The position numbers were made by a program, and so were the translations under genes. Below, in pieces: positions 22,091-35,332 of a stretch of DNA of 64,000 bases. The notes beneath the pieces are model-generated. The model ran no database searches. It was not told where the DNA came from and saw only the letters and a program-made list of their open reading frames with translations. The DNA comes from Camelus dromedarius (lineage: Eukaryota): contig NC_087437.1 in the NCBI RefSeq assembly GCF_036321535.1, forward strand, positions 14,696,001 through 14,760,000, written 5' to 3'. The stretch's first letter is position 1, and every line of letters starts with the position of its first letter.

Positions 22091-24344
22091 AGCTCTGTTT
22101 CTGGGGATTACAAGCAAAACTAGTAAGCTAGTTAGCTTTTCAGGCTCACTGTGGTTTGTGGACAGATCTCTTGCATTATTAATTATTGTTATTAGTTAAA
22201 ATAATTATTAATAATACAGCAATTGGCCCTCTGATCTCTGGGATGGACTGAAGCTCTATTAGCGTGCTGAGCACAGCCCCTCCTGAATGCCCCTCCAGGG
22301 GGCCATGTATACTGGTTCAAACCACAAGTGTGTAGGACACACCCAAGTGCATGAAGGGGTTGGTTCCCGTAATCCTTGTGCAGCTGAGGCCCAAGAAGCC
22401 TCTCCCTCCCATCAGCCTCAAGTCCTGGGCTGTTCAGATCCCCTTTCTTCCACCAGCCCCCATGCACCCTTATCTAGGTACTGCCACCCACTGATGTGCT
22501 CCATTACCAAACCAGCAGCCCCACCTCCCACTGGAGCCACATCCTGCCACGAAGTTAGCTCAAGTATTCGTTCTAGTTGGTTCCCCTCAGAAGCAGCTTC
22601 TCCTCTGCCTGCTGCCAAGATCATCTCATCACCCCCAGCTTCCTTCCTTCAAGAGTCTTCAGTTCACTTGGTCCATTGTCCTCGGCCAGTGAGGTCACAC
22701 AACACGCAGCCAGCTCAGGGAAGATGCTCAGTCTTGCCACAACACGGCACACACCTTGTTGTTCCACTTCCCTCTGAGTCACCCTCTGATGGGCTCTGGG
22801 TTGGTGCAGGGGGTGTGAGGAAAGGGTCTGAGGTGAGAAAAATCAGGAAAAATCAGCCTAAAGCAATGCTGCTTTGACTACAAAACTGTCTGGAAGAGAT
22901 TGCATTATTCAGAGTTAAGTGACTGTTGTGCTAGTCGGTTTTATTCACCTGCCATAACCCTTGATAAACATCCCAATGTTAGGAGGGCTGCCTTCTGCCC
23001 CAGTTGCTTTAGGCACAGTTAAGAGGCTGCCATTTCTTCCCCAGATGTGCTTATGGCTGCCAAAATTGCCACTCTCCTGGTAATAGAAAGTTCTAGGCAA
23101 AAGGTTAGAGATGTATCCTCAAGCCAAGCCACATCATCAAAAAAAACAGCCTGGAGAAATCACAGCCTAGGTGTCAGGTGACCCATAGCTCAGTACCTGA
23201 GCCCTCCCTGAGACTCGGGAGAGGCAATCATGAATTGCATATTTCCTGTCGTCTAAACGCTCATAACTGCATTGGCAAAAGAAAACCTGTGCACCAATGA
23301 CAGAACAAAGCAGGGGTTCTGTGTTCCCCAGAATGGCTGCTCCCAGCAGTCTCCATCCTCAGCAAGCCCTCTGCAGACAAGATGGATGTCCCCCAACCTG
23401 AGGTCTCTGGCTTCCATTTCCCACTTCAAAATATCTCTGAAGCTTTATCCACTCTCTCCTCCCTTCAGCAGACTCCACCTGTCCCCTGTTGTACCATCTG
23501 GGACATTCCTCTATCTACTGTCCCTCTCCTCTGCATTTTCAGTGTCCCTTTACCGTAGGATTGCCTGGGGGTAAAACAGAAAGTCTCCCTTTGCCAGACC
23601 TTCCATCACCACCCAACTCCAGCTTCATTTTAATGCCCAGAACTCATCCTTTGCTTTCCTACACTTGAGCCCTTGGGTGTGTTCTCCTAATGGCTGGAAG
23701 GAGACCTTCCCCTGCCCCCCTCTCCTGCTCCTGTCGGCCACACCCCGGGCACAGGTGAGGTGGACCCCACTGAAGTGCCACCCCCACCGCAAAGCCTAGA
23801 CCCTGGCTCCACAGCTGGGGTGACCCCCCTCCCACCAGCCACCCACTCACATTCAGAGCCCAGTGGTTCGTGTGGTTATATCCGCCCATCCGCTGAAGTC
23901 ATGTGAACTCCTTCAGGACAGGGACCATGTCTAATCAGCTTCATGTCTCCAAAGCACTTGGTACAGTGCTCACAACACAATTTCTTCAAAGTGCTACTAA
24001 TAGTGACAAGAGCACGCTCACCTACACTCTCATCAGAGCCTCATAGAAACACTGAGAAGCGGGGTGGACTGTGACTGTGTCCCATTTTGCAGGAGAGAAA
24101 ACTGTGGTTCAGGGAATGGCCCATCGGCACAAGTACTAAGTAGAGGACCGCGTGCTCCAGCTCTGTGACGCCTCTAGACCGCGGCCGTCCCATGGAACTG
24201 CGGATGGATCCTGAGACCCTGGAATCTTGAATCTGGGCTCCTCTACTCACTCACTGTGTGAACTCTCTAAGATTCCATTTTCTCACTTATACAGTGAGGA
24301 TCTATTTTGATAATCACATCTATCTGCTGTGTTAATGGCTTAAG

Positions 24345-24815
24345 ATAATCATACATGGTTTGTTCATTCATTCAGCAATTTACAGAGTGCTCAGCAGAGA
24401 CAGCCCTTCTTTGGTCCATGTGGCATCTGCTGGGGCTGGAACATCCAAGAATGGCTTCAGCTCATGTGTCCGCTGCCTCCGCTGTGCTTCTCTCTCTCTC
24501 CATGTGGCCCCTGCATGTAGCTGGCTGTGACAGCCTCATATCACGGCAGTCTTACATAGTTGGACTTCTGACATGGCATCTGGCTTCCCTCAGAGGGTGA
24601 ACGCAGAAGCTACCAGGCCTCAACACTTCGGTGTGAAAGTCCCTGAACGTCACTTAGACAGCACTCTGCTGGCCAGAGCGGTCGCAGACCAGCCCAGTTT
24701 GCGCAAGAAGGGAAATAGATTCCACCTCTTGATGGGGCAGTGGCAAGGTCACAGAGAAAAAGAGCACGTGGCATGGAGATCATTGTCCCAGCTGCCTTTG
24801 GAAATGTGATCTACT
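24345..24815 (-). mobile_element. MLT1 (MaLR) LTR
   Basis: ggggctggaacatccaagaatggcttc...gaagggaaatagattccacctcttgatggg. Confidence 0.7.
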
Positions 24816-26577
24816 ACTGAACCAGAATGGAATTTTCCTCATTAAGTCACTGGGATGATTAATTAGATAAGGCAGGTCAAGCCCTTAGCACAGGACTTGG
24901 CACAGAGTGAGCAGTCGATAAATGGTATCTGTTATTAATTATCATTATGCAATTATTATTAAAACCACCAGTATAGTAACCCCAACACTTAAAACCCATG
25001 GTCCTCACTATTAGAACAAATGGGACAAGAAATCATACCCCAACGGGAAGACAGGAGCAGTGGCAGGCTGGCTGGGCTCAGGGCTCAGGGCTCAGGACTC
25101 AGGACCGGCTGCCTCTGACCCCAGCTGGCTCTAGGAGACCAGAGGTCTGGTCTCCGGGCCTTGCAGCCCAGGTAAGGAGCACAGATGAGCCAAGACGGGC
25201 AGCACACCCGCCTACAGCTTTCAAACACAGCAGAGTTCCTCCAGCCATCCTCTCACCCTCTGCACCCCAACAGCTGTGTAAGCCGCAGACAGCCGAGCTG
25301 GGATGCTTTCAGCCCCTCTGCCAACAAGTCACCGTTTATAGTGGCAGCCAGGCACCAGTAATGGTGCTTGAGGCCCCCTGAGCTCTGTGTTCAGTCAACT
25401 CAGATCAGGAATGGAACTCAAGGCCAGGAACCACAGGAGGTCACTATTTTACTTTCTGGAGGGCTTAGCAATTCAAGGAAGTCCTTTCCAAGAATAAGTG
25501 TGCTTCTGTGATCTCGGTTTGCTTGTGGTGCTGTGTCGCTCAGTGGGCCAGGGCAGGAGACCAACAGCAGTGGACAATCATAGTCACCCGGGTACAAGCA
25601 TCTCTGGGAGAACCAGGCCAGGATGTCAGGAGCATAGGTGGGGAAGCTGGACTTGGACTCTGAAGGTGGAATGGAAGAGGCATGGTACTTCTGCTAGGGG
25701 TTCCCATGAACCCACCGTGGGCCATGGGTCCTAAGTCTTCAGAGAAAAATCCTAGACCTCATGGAGACGTCACCCATGAACATGGAGCAAAAACTCTAGA
25801 CAGATGGTCCAAACATGATTCCATGAAAGGTTTTTCCAAATCACAGGTGTTACAGGTCTGACATCAACAACCACCACTCACAAATCAAGCAATGTCCTAA
25901 TAAAGGACAGAAAGGGAGAAAACCCAGAGAGTTTGGAACAAATGATCCTCAGAGTCCAGGTGGCCATTTCCGCATCCCCCCTGCCATGGAGGGGTTTTCA
26001 GATCTCCCCAGCAAGATAATAACCCTAGACCAGAGACTGGTCTACATTTATTGTCTACTGATCACATTTTGCCTCCTGTACCTGTACCGAGGAAGAGAAC
26101 CTGACTCAACATCCTCATATCCTATGGAATGAGGAAGATTTAAACAAGCTAATGTGGTGGGCCCTGATTAACAGCAGCCAGGATTCAGGATGACATCATG
26201 AGCAAGAATCTTCATCTCAGCCTCAGCGCTCAAAAGCGGGGGAAATATGTCCTCCCGGAGGGGGCAGGGTACAGAAACGTGTTTCATCGAGATTTGACTC
26301 AGTCCAGTTTAGAAAGATATTTGTTTGTTTCTTATGTGTTATATAAAAAGCCAGATGCTAAATTATAGGTGCATCATAATTAGAACTACTGAAAAACGTT
26401 AAAGAGAGAGGCACACAGTTTTTTAAAGGTATTTCATTTTTAGCATTTCAGCTGGACAGGGGGTGAGGGTCCACAGTGGGGGGAAAGGGCCCCCGGAAGG
26501 TGAGAAATGGAGAGTTAAAAGACCCAGAGGCAGATCAGGGAGCAAGATTTCTTTGAAGAAACACCTACAAACTGCCT

Positions 26578-26580
<3 letters not shown>

Positions 26581-26618
<38 letters not shown>
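26581..26618. repeat. (GT)n microsatellite
   Basis: About 19 perfect GT units. Confidence 0.95.
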
Positions 26619-26620
<2 letters not shown>

Positions 26621-26980
26621 CTGCACGCATGAATGTGTGAATTTCTGTTGCGCTCATTTTCCCTCTCTCATTCTCTCTCTCACTCATCTCTTTCTCATTC
26701 TCTCTCATCATTCTGTCTCCTCTCTCTCTCCCTGTTCCTGTCCCTCCCCCACCCCCACCCCCACCCCCACCATCAGAAGGATCGGGGAATTAGAATAAAC
26801 AAGACCCTGGCCTTCTCAGAAGGATTCGTGATTTCCCCACTGAGCCACGTCAGCCCGTCAAGGTCATGGTGCTTGGAGAAATGGACAGACCAGGCCGATG
26901 CCAGCCCCTCCCGCTGCTCTGCCCACCTCCCTCTTCTCCACCCGTGGCCAGGGGTCCGGACCATGTTCTCTCTTTTGCAG

Positions 26981-27201
26981 AAACGAGGCCTGGAGAACAC
27001 CTTGCATGACGCCAGGCACTGGCATGACATCGAGCTGCAGAACCTGGGCGCCGTGGTCAACAGGCTGGAGGCGGAGCTCCGGGAGATGCGCGCGGAGGCA
27101 GAGCAGCAGCTGCAGACCCGCGAGCACCTGCTGGCGCACAAGTGCCAGCTGCAGCGGGACGTGGCGTCCTACCACGCCCTGCTGGACCGGGAGGAGAGCG
27201 G
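26981..27201 (+). CDS. BFSP2: BFSP2 coding exon 6, 221 bp (coil 2B, rod end)
   Basis: ttgcag| ... |gtgcgt. Translates [73 protein letters not shown](G). [10 protein letters not shown] is the divergent helix-termination motif of CP49. Confidence 0.97.
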
Positions 27202-27589
27202 GTGCGTCTCTTCTCACCTTCTGTTAGTTACTTACTCACGGGTTTAAAAACAAACATTTTTTCCAACGCTATAGAAGTAATTAAGGTAAAAACTTAAGGC
27301 CAAAACTCCCTAACAACCCCCACCATTCCCACATTCTAGCTGAGTACTTCCAGGATTTTTCTAGTCCTATATACATATATACACAAATACAGAGACTATA
27401 GACACATATATAGTATATATGTATATATGCATCCATATGTGTGTGGATGTGTGTACATTCACATATACAGACATACAGACACACACACAGACATACCTGT
27501 ACCGGTTCACATGTGCCTGGTACATACGTGGTATCTATTAGGAATGCTTTCAGCTGCACGTAACAGACCCGAATTAATGGAGCCAGAAA

Positions 27590-27768
27590 CCAACTTTCCT
27601 GAAATTTTCATGTGCACCCAAAACACCCCAAACCTGGGCATCTTTTTAAAATGCAGATTCTGCTTCAGTAGGTCTGGGGTGGGGCAGGCCTGAGACTCTG
27701 CATTTCTGATCAGACTCTCAGGTGATGCCTAATTTGCTGGTCCACAGGCCACACTCTGAGCAGCAAGG
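27590..27768. mobile_element. MER5A-like MITE nested in an MLT1-like LTR (~27540-28150)
   Basis: aaatgcagattctgcttcagtaggtctggggtgggg...ctgcatttct...ccacactctgag. Confidence 0.7.
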
Positions 27769-29144
27769 GCATAAACCATGTGTACCTGAGTTCCAGAAAT
27801 GAGGCAGGCTAGGTGCTCAGTGATGTCATTCAGGTCCCAAGCTCTTTTGCTCTCTCAGAGATATCTCCCCTGTCTTCATCTGTGTCACCCACGACTGCCA
27901 TGTCCTCATGCACGGCATGAAGAAGGGGAGGGAAGAGGGGGCAGTAGAGAGCCTTTTCCCTGCATGGCTCACTCCTTTTTTCAATGAAGGAAACATGTTT
28001 TGGGAAGGCCTCCAATGGGCTTGCCTTTCTATCTCTTTAACCAAAATCTGCTCACATGACCAGATTTACCTGCAAGGGATGCTGGGTAAACAACTATTTA
28101 GCTTGTCCAGCCTCCATTCTGGAGAGATGCAAGGGGTTGGGAATGGCAAACTTCAGTCTATATATGTTTATGTGAGTATGTGGGTGTATATACATGTATG
28201 TATATACATGCACATCTATATGCATATATGCAGTCTTTTTAATGGATAGGCATTCCAGGAAGGTATGCATGAGCCTTGGGGCTTAGCTTCCTTGGCCAGC
28301 TCTTTAAGGAAATCCGAGCCTTTATTTTATCACAAACAAGTCTGTATCTTTGTATTTCCCTCCAAGTTCCCTTCTATGGCATACATTGAATAAGGAATAG
28401 AATAGCAGCTCTAAGAGACAGCGTACCAATTATGCAGTACAACCTCCTATGATTCCGGAGAGAATAAGAAGGCCAGAGCAGAAAAGGACTTGCCCGTGAT
28501 CATGGGGGAGGTGGAGATCGTGCCGGACCAGAGCCCAGGTCTCCTGGCTCTGCGATGTGCTCTGGTCATCCCTTCCTCAGAAGGCAGGAGGGCCACATGG
28601 AAGCAACCTAACTTTCGCTCCTTCCGAATGAAAAACACGTCATCCAGCTCCTTTCCAGTTGTCTTTTTACTGGATTGATTTCTGATGATTATAAAAGCTA
28701 GATGTGTGTAACAAAGCTAATTTTTTCAGATGCCTATGAATATCTGAATATACAAAGTCATATTAAACAGATACAAAAGTAACAAGATAGGCTGAATTTA
28801 CTTCAAAAATATAAGAACTCCATTTAGAGAGTGCCTGCTCTGCGCCAGCGCAGTCATAAGCTCTTTGTGACCTTTGTTTCTCCTCAAAACCCCGCCAGAA
28901 CTACATCGTTACCCCCATTTTACAGACAGGAAAGAACTCTCAGAGAGCTGAAGTCATTTGCCCAAGGTCACAGAGCTAATAACCACAGAGCAGGCATTTG
29001 AAACCCAAACTGTCTTGTTCCAAAGGCCAAATTCTTTCCATGAGACACCCGCCTTTCCTATAATCCTACTGTGATGTCTTTACTAATTTTCATCATCCAT
29101 GGTTCTCTCATTCAAATGTCTTTTTTGGATTTTGTTTGTTTCAG

Positions 29145-29148
29145 CTAA
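29145..29148 (+). CDS. BFSP2: BFSP2 last exon coding part (C completing GGC Gly, then TAA stop)
   Basis: Strong polypyrimidine tract tttgtttgtttcag| followed by CTAA. Joining to the exon 6 terminal GG gives GGC TAA, matching the tailless CP49 C-terminus. Confidence 0.88.
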
Positions 29149-29430
29149 TGGAGAAACATCCTCTTTTCATGAAGAAAATGCTGCCTTCTGCACCACACGA
29201 CCAATGAAGTTCCTTGAGGAGTCCCCACCCTGACACCCTACCCCCATCTCCCCTCACCCTCCCCACCCCCACCCTGAGCTAGATTCCCTGCTGGATTTCC
29301 CGGTTGATTCACTTTGAGCTGAAGAGCTTCCTGGAAATGGAGAGGGTCCTGCTGCCTTAACTCGAAGTCTATAGCTTGAGCAACCTCCCTCGTGCCTCTC
29401 CAAATAAACGCTTGTGTGCAACTTCCAGCC
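29149..29430 (+). other. BFSP2: BFSP2 3' UTR (end approximate)
   Basis: Lies between the stop codon and the AATAAA at 29403-29408. The cleavage site is inferred about 15-25 nt downstream. Confidence 0.7.
29403..29408 (+). terminator. Polyadenylation signal AATAAA of BFSP2
   Basis: First canonical AATAAA after the stop codon, about 255 nt downstream. Confidence 0.75.
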
Positions 29431-31629
29431 TGCCCACCTCGTTCAACTTGCTATCAGGTGGAAATGGGTATCACTTTGCCCGCCTGGCCTTTCCTCATGG
29501 GGCCATTCTTAAAGGCGTCTGGAAGGGTCCTTGAGCATGACGCCATCTGCCTCGTCACCCAAGGGTCAGCTGCTCTTGGGGAAGAGTGGTGCTCGTGGCA
29601 AGCAAGTTTGCCACTATGGGGGCAAAGACAATGATCTTGCTGAAAAGGGGGTTGGCACTGGTGCTTTATCACCTGTACCGCAATCTCAGGCATCACAGGG
29701 CATTGAGACATCGTTAACACGCTCTGCGGGGTAATTACGTGCAGACACGCACGTCTAGCTGTCGGCACAGCACCTCTCAATCTGTTTAAAGGGAACTTCA
29801 GTTGAAATCTGTTGGGAGTGAATTAGATTGTGGTTGCCTACACTTGCAGACTCAGAATTTTCTTCCACGGTCCTTCCCCAGCCCTCTCAGGGCCCTGGCC
29901 AGCCAAATATAGTTCATGAATCTGCCACCTACTCAGGCAAGACCTCCCTGCCTTCTGATTCAAACTGAAACCACCACCTGTGTCCTAGCACAGGCTCTCA
30001 GTGCCTCCAAAGCCACACGCACACACAGCCCAGACTTCATTTTTTAATTCTTCCCTGGAGCTTCTGTCAGTCCACCTGTCACGCAGAATTATGGACCAAA
30101 ATAGCCAAGCTGAGTCTTTGTCCTCACATAAGCTGCAAATGCAGACAGGATGCTGTGTCCAATATGGGCAAATTCAAAGATACCCTCTTCCCAATACCAG
30201 GGCTTCCAGATAGCTAAGGCTGATACAAACAAAAGAAATCTTATTTACCCTTAAGAAAGCTGGAAAGAGAAGCTAAGTCAAGATATGAGGTCTCCTGGTT
30301 GAAGCTGCTCCAACTGATTTTCCTATTTGGCTTCCAGGTTCAAAGGAATTGTATCAGTAAGCCTCATGGGCAGGACAGCTATTTGCAGTTTGCACGGCAC
30401 CTTTACATCATTCCACTTGGTGTTTGTTTGAGGCACAGAAATAGTCAAGACACCACCTAATGCTACTTTTCAGCAAAGCACCAATCCCCTCCATAGCTGC
30501 ACACCCCAGGGGTGCCCAGGGTTGAATCACTGGGGACCAGGGCCTCCCCAGAAGAGGCAGTGTGGGCTGGCCCAGCTATATTGAATGTCCTGTTCACCGA
30601 GGTCTGTTTCTTTTTTCTTACTTGTTACAATGAATTTTTTACCCCCCAGCCAAGACCTAAATCCCTAACCTAAACACAGCTGGAGGGCCCCCCAAAGGTC
30701 AGCCTTCAGGAGGAGGTACTTCTGTGCGTGAATGGCTGTGCATTTTCCAGAATCTGGAAGCTGTCTAAGCCATCAGAGGAAGGGAAGAATGGATTTGTAC
30801 TCCCTCCTGAGTTTCCACCAGCCAGCACGCTGTGCTGGGCTGCACACACACAGTCTCCTCCACTCCCTAACCTCAAAGAGCAGCTGCCGTAAATCATTAA
30901 AGTTAATCATCCTTTGGCAGGGAGAGCGAAGGCAGACTGGGGGCTTCCAGGTCTCAGCATGGTTTCTTGCTGTTCCTAATGAGGCTCCATTAACAGGTAA
31001 GAAAAGCCACTGTTGGCCCCTCTGACTCTGCCAGGGCCTCATTTAACTCAGGCTTCCTCTCACAACATCCGGTACAATTACACCCTGGCAGTGGTTCACT
31101 GACAGGTGGCGGAGAGGCTGCTGCTTGTGTTGGTCTCAAGGACGGAGCAGATGGGAGAAGGGCTTCCGATGGACTCCTCTGAAAGCACAGGCGGGCTCTA
31201 TTTCCAGGTCACACTCCGCTGGCCTCTGCCCTGGCTCCTGGGGCACAGTGTCAACTCCCATGGGATTTCAGACCACAGTCCTTAAGCCTCACCCTCATGA
31301 TCATCTATAACATTTCCAAGCACCTGCTAGTACCCAGACGTTTTGTTGGACTTTGGGGATACCAGTAAAATGAAGACACAGTTTCTACCCTGGTGAGTTT
31401 ACAATCTCGTTAGGGAGTCAGGTGTGCACATAAAAGGAGAAACCAAGCAAAGCAGACAGAGCAGCATATCACAGTTTGCACGGGCCTTCGTATAATTCAG
31501 TTTATCATAGAAAACATGAAAACAGACATTCAGAGCTGATCTCTGTTGGTTTCTGGTAAGATGATTCAGCAGGAACCATCAAGCACCATCTGGTCTCTGA
31601 TTATCTCCAAATACCCCACAGATATTTTA

Positions 31630-33830
31630 TTTTTCCAGATTTATTTAGACATACAGCGCTGTAGAAAGTTTAAGTGTGCAAAATAATGAGTTGACATCAA
31701 TTGTGAAATGATTATCACAGTAAGTTAACATCCATCAACTCATGTAGATAGAAAAAAAATGTTTTTTCCATGTGGTGAGAACTCTTAGGTTTCACTCTCT
31801 CAACAACTTTCATATGTGATATAGAGCAGCGTTAATTACATGAATCATGTGGTACATTATATCCCTAGTACTTATTTATTGTATAACTGAAAGTTTGCAC
31901 CTTTTGACCACCTTCATCCAATTTCCCCTCCCCCACTCCCCCGCCTACTGTAACCGCAAATCTGATCTCTTTATCTATGAGTTTTTTAATTAATTTATTT
32001 ATTTTTATTGAAGTATAGTTGATTTACAATGTTATGTTAGTTTCAAGTGTACAGCAAAGTGATTCAGTTACTATGTATATATTCTTTTCCAGATTCTTTC
32101 CCATTACAGGTTATTACAAGATATTGAATATAGTTACCTATTCTATATAATAGGTCCTTGTTGTTTATCTATCTGTTTTAGATATAGTAGCGTGTATACG
32201 TTAATCCCAAAATCCTAATTTATCCCTCCTTTCCACCCCTTTCCCCTTCGGTAACTATAGTTTGTTTTCTATGTCTGTGAATCTATTTTTGGTTTATAAA
32301 TAAGTTCATTTGTGTCTTTTTTTTTTTAAGATTCCACATATAAGTGGTCATTTGATACTTGTTTTTCTCTGACTTACTTCAATTAATATGATAATCTCTA
32401 GGTTCATCCATATTGCTATAAATGGCATTGTTTCTTTCTTTTTATGGCTGAGTAATAGTCCATTGTATATTTATACCACATCTTCTTTATCCAGTCATCT
32501 GTTGATGGACACTTAGGTTGCTTCCATGTCCTGGCTATTGTAAATAGTGCTGCTATGAACATGAGGGCATAAGTATCTCTTTCCCATAATGTTTTAATTT
32601 CCTTCAGATATAGTTCCAGAAGTGGAATTGCTGGATCATATGGTAGTTCTATTTTATTTTTCTCCACACTGTTTTCCATAGTGGCTGCACCAGGTTACAG
32701 TCCCACCAACAGTGCACCACGGTTCCCTTTTCTCCACAACCTCGCCAGCATTTGTTATCTCTTGTCTTTTTGATGCTAGCCATTTTAACAAGCATGAGGT
32801 GATATCTCATTGTGGTTTTGATATACATTTTCCTAATGATTCATGATGTGTAGCATCTTTTCATGTCCTTGTTGGCCATTTGTATATCTTCTTTGGAAAG
32901 ATGTTTATTTGGGTCCTTTGCCCATTTTTTAATTGGATTATTTGGTTTTTGGCTATTGAGTTGTGTGAGTTCTTTATATAATTTGGATATTAACCTCTTA
33001 TCAGATGTATAGTTAGCAAATATTTTTTCCCATTCCATAGGTTATCTTTTCACTTTGTGAATTGTTTCTTTTGCAGAAGCTTTTTAGTTGGATGGAATTA
33101 CACTTGTTTATTTTTTATTTTGTTGTTTGTGCTTTAGGTGTTATATTCATTTAAAAAAAGTCATTACCAAGACCCATGTCAAGGAGCTTTTTCTAGGGGT
33201 TTTATGGTTTCCAGCCTTACATTTAAGTCTTTAGTCCAGTTAGAGTTAATTTTTGTGAGCAGTGTAAGATGTAGGTCTAGTTTCATTCTTTTATATGTGA
33301 ATACCCAATTATCCCAGCACCAGTTATTAAAACAACTGTTTGTTACATTGAGCATTCTTGGCTCCCCTGTCAAATATTAGTTGACCATATATGTGGCTTT
33401 ATTTCTGAGCTCGCAGTTCTGTTGCATTGGTCTGTGTCTGTTTTATGCCAGTACCATACCCTTTTGATTACTACAGCTTTATAACATAGCTGAAAATCAG
33501 GAAGGGAGTTGCCTCCCACTTTGTTCTTCTTTCTCAGGATTGCTTTGCCTATTCAGTTTTTTGTGGTTCCATGTAAATTTTAGGATTTTTTTCTACTTCT
33601 GTGAAAAATGCCTTTGGAATCTTGATTTTTGCACTGAATTTCTAGATGGCTTTGGGTAGTATGGACATTTTAACAATATTAGTTCTTCCAATCTATGAAC
33701 ACCAGCTACCTTTCCATTTATTTGTCTTCTTTGATTTCTTTTATCAATGTCTTACAGTTCCCAGTAGAGAGCTCTTTCACCCCCTTGGTTAAATTTATTC
33801 CTACATATTTTATTGTTTTGGATGCTATTG
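31630..33830 (-). mobile_element. L1 ORF2 C-terminal region plus 3' UTR (decayed)
   Basis: Minus-strand ORFs [11 protein letters not shown]...[35 protein letters not shown] and FNNWCWDNW...INSNWTKDLNVR are L1 ORF2 motifs, broken by frameshifts. Confidence 0.95.
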
Positions 33831-33954
33831 TGCCATAGATATTCTTTTATAAACATCATTTTTGTTTCATTTTGGGAAGTGGCAAAAGAGGATGGAGACT
33901 CCTTGGGGCATTCTGGCATCTTATCTTGGGTGGCTGGAGTTAACAAATAAAAAT

Positions 33955-34064
33955 ACAGGCTGCCCAGGTAAATTTGAGTTTCAGATAAACAATGATTTTT
34001 AGTAGAAGTAGGTCCCACACATTGCATGAGACACACCTCTACTAAAAAACTATCTGGCATCCCT
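33955..34064. mobile_element. MER53-like hAT MITE remnant
   Basis: aaatttgagtttcagataaacaatga...tctggcatccct. A similar remnant lies at ~55145-55270. Confidence 0.55.
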
Positions 34065-34576
34065 GATCTTATCAAACAGAAACACTCCATACTTCATATC
34101 CCCTACATCACTATCTGACCTCAAGGGGTGCGTGAAAGTTTGTCCAGCATTTCTAGCTTGGATATCCCAACACACAAGAGGGGGAAGGGTGACCCAGGCT
34201 ACGCCCTTGCCCAGCCTTGGTTGAAATCTCAGTCTCCTGACACAACAGCACAGCAGGTCCAATCATGTTCAAGAAATTAGTCTGCTAGTTGAGTGATGAC
34301 ATAAAGCAAACTATTTTCTCCACAGAAGTGACTGGCCTAATTAGATCATATAGACTGCTTATTTTGAACAATAGGTTGAGCAGGAACCGGAATAGATCCC
34401 AGCATCGATGTGCTGTGTTGCAGAGTCAGCAGAAAACCAATTTTCCCTGTCATGCCCAGGAGGAAATACTCCATTTTCTCTCCTGCTCCTCCTGAGAGTG
34501 AAAGGTAATTCACACCACAGAGAGTCAAGCATTTGGTGAATTCTGGCCTTGGACACAAAAGCCATGTTGCATTTTA

Positions 34577-34725
34577 CTTTTTTAATTTATTTTATTTTTA
34601 TTTTGAAGGGGGGAGGTAATTAAATTTGTTTATTTACTTTTTTTTTTAGTGGAGGTACTGGGAATCGAACCCAGCACTGCGTGCACGCTAGGCACGAGCC
34701 CTGCTGCTGAGCTATACCCTCCCCA
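34577..34725 (-). mobile_element. tRNA-derived SINE (Vic-1-like)
   Basis: Perfect 15-bp TSD ccatgttgcatttta at 34562-34576 and 34726-34740. Confidence 0.92.
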
Positions 34726-35332
34726 CCATGTTGCATTTTAGGAGAAGGGGCTTTACAAAGTGGGTGAACAGCAAACTGCTGAATTTCCTTGGACAAATCA
34801 GAGGTACTTTGTTGTTTTCTTTTTAATTTTTTTCTGCAGCTAAACTTCTTATTGATGTCCTGGGCAGGGAAAAAACATACAAATGAGGTTCACAATTTTA
34901 AACTACAAAGTCTACTTGGCAAACCTGACTAGATAATTAAGACAAAGTTGTCACCAACTCCCTTTATGACAATCATAAAGCTATGGGTGCTCTGAGAGGG
35001 AATCAAAGGGCAGGGGGGCAGGAATCAATAGACGAGGGGTAGGTCCAGCGCCTCATAATTTAGCTACTGGTGACCCAGAGGAAAGAGACAAGAGAAACGT
35101 GAAAGGTAGTGAGCTGTCAAAGAAAGGGAAAGAGTGGTTTTACACATTATTTGGGGAATTCAGTCTTTGTGGGTTACCTGAGCAACCATCATGCTCAGTC
35201 ATGGAAAACTCGCTCCAAGAGTAAATCCTCTTCCTCAATAACCATTCATGCAGCCTTGTTACACGTGACCATGCTAGGGGCCGAGAATATGGAGATGTAC
35301 AGAATGTGGACTTGCCTTCAAATAATCTAGAT

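Noticed and set aside
22287..22877. 196-aa Ser/Pro-rich ORF in intron 5
   Set aside because: No recognisable domain or splice context. This length is plausible by chance in C-rich sequence.
26633..27247. 204-aa ORF as a standalone gene
   Set aside because: It is BFSP2 exon 6 plus open intronic low-complexity sequence. The overlapping antisense ORFs are shadows of the GC-rich exon.
32416..33380. ORFs with real protein motifs (also 38856-39170, 52579-53456, 59184-59511)
   Set aside because: Fragmented L1 ORF1/ORF2 remnants, not host genes or active elements.
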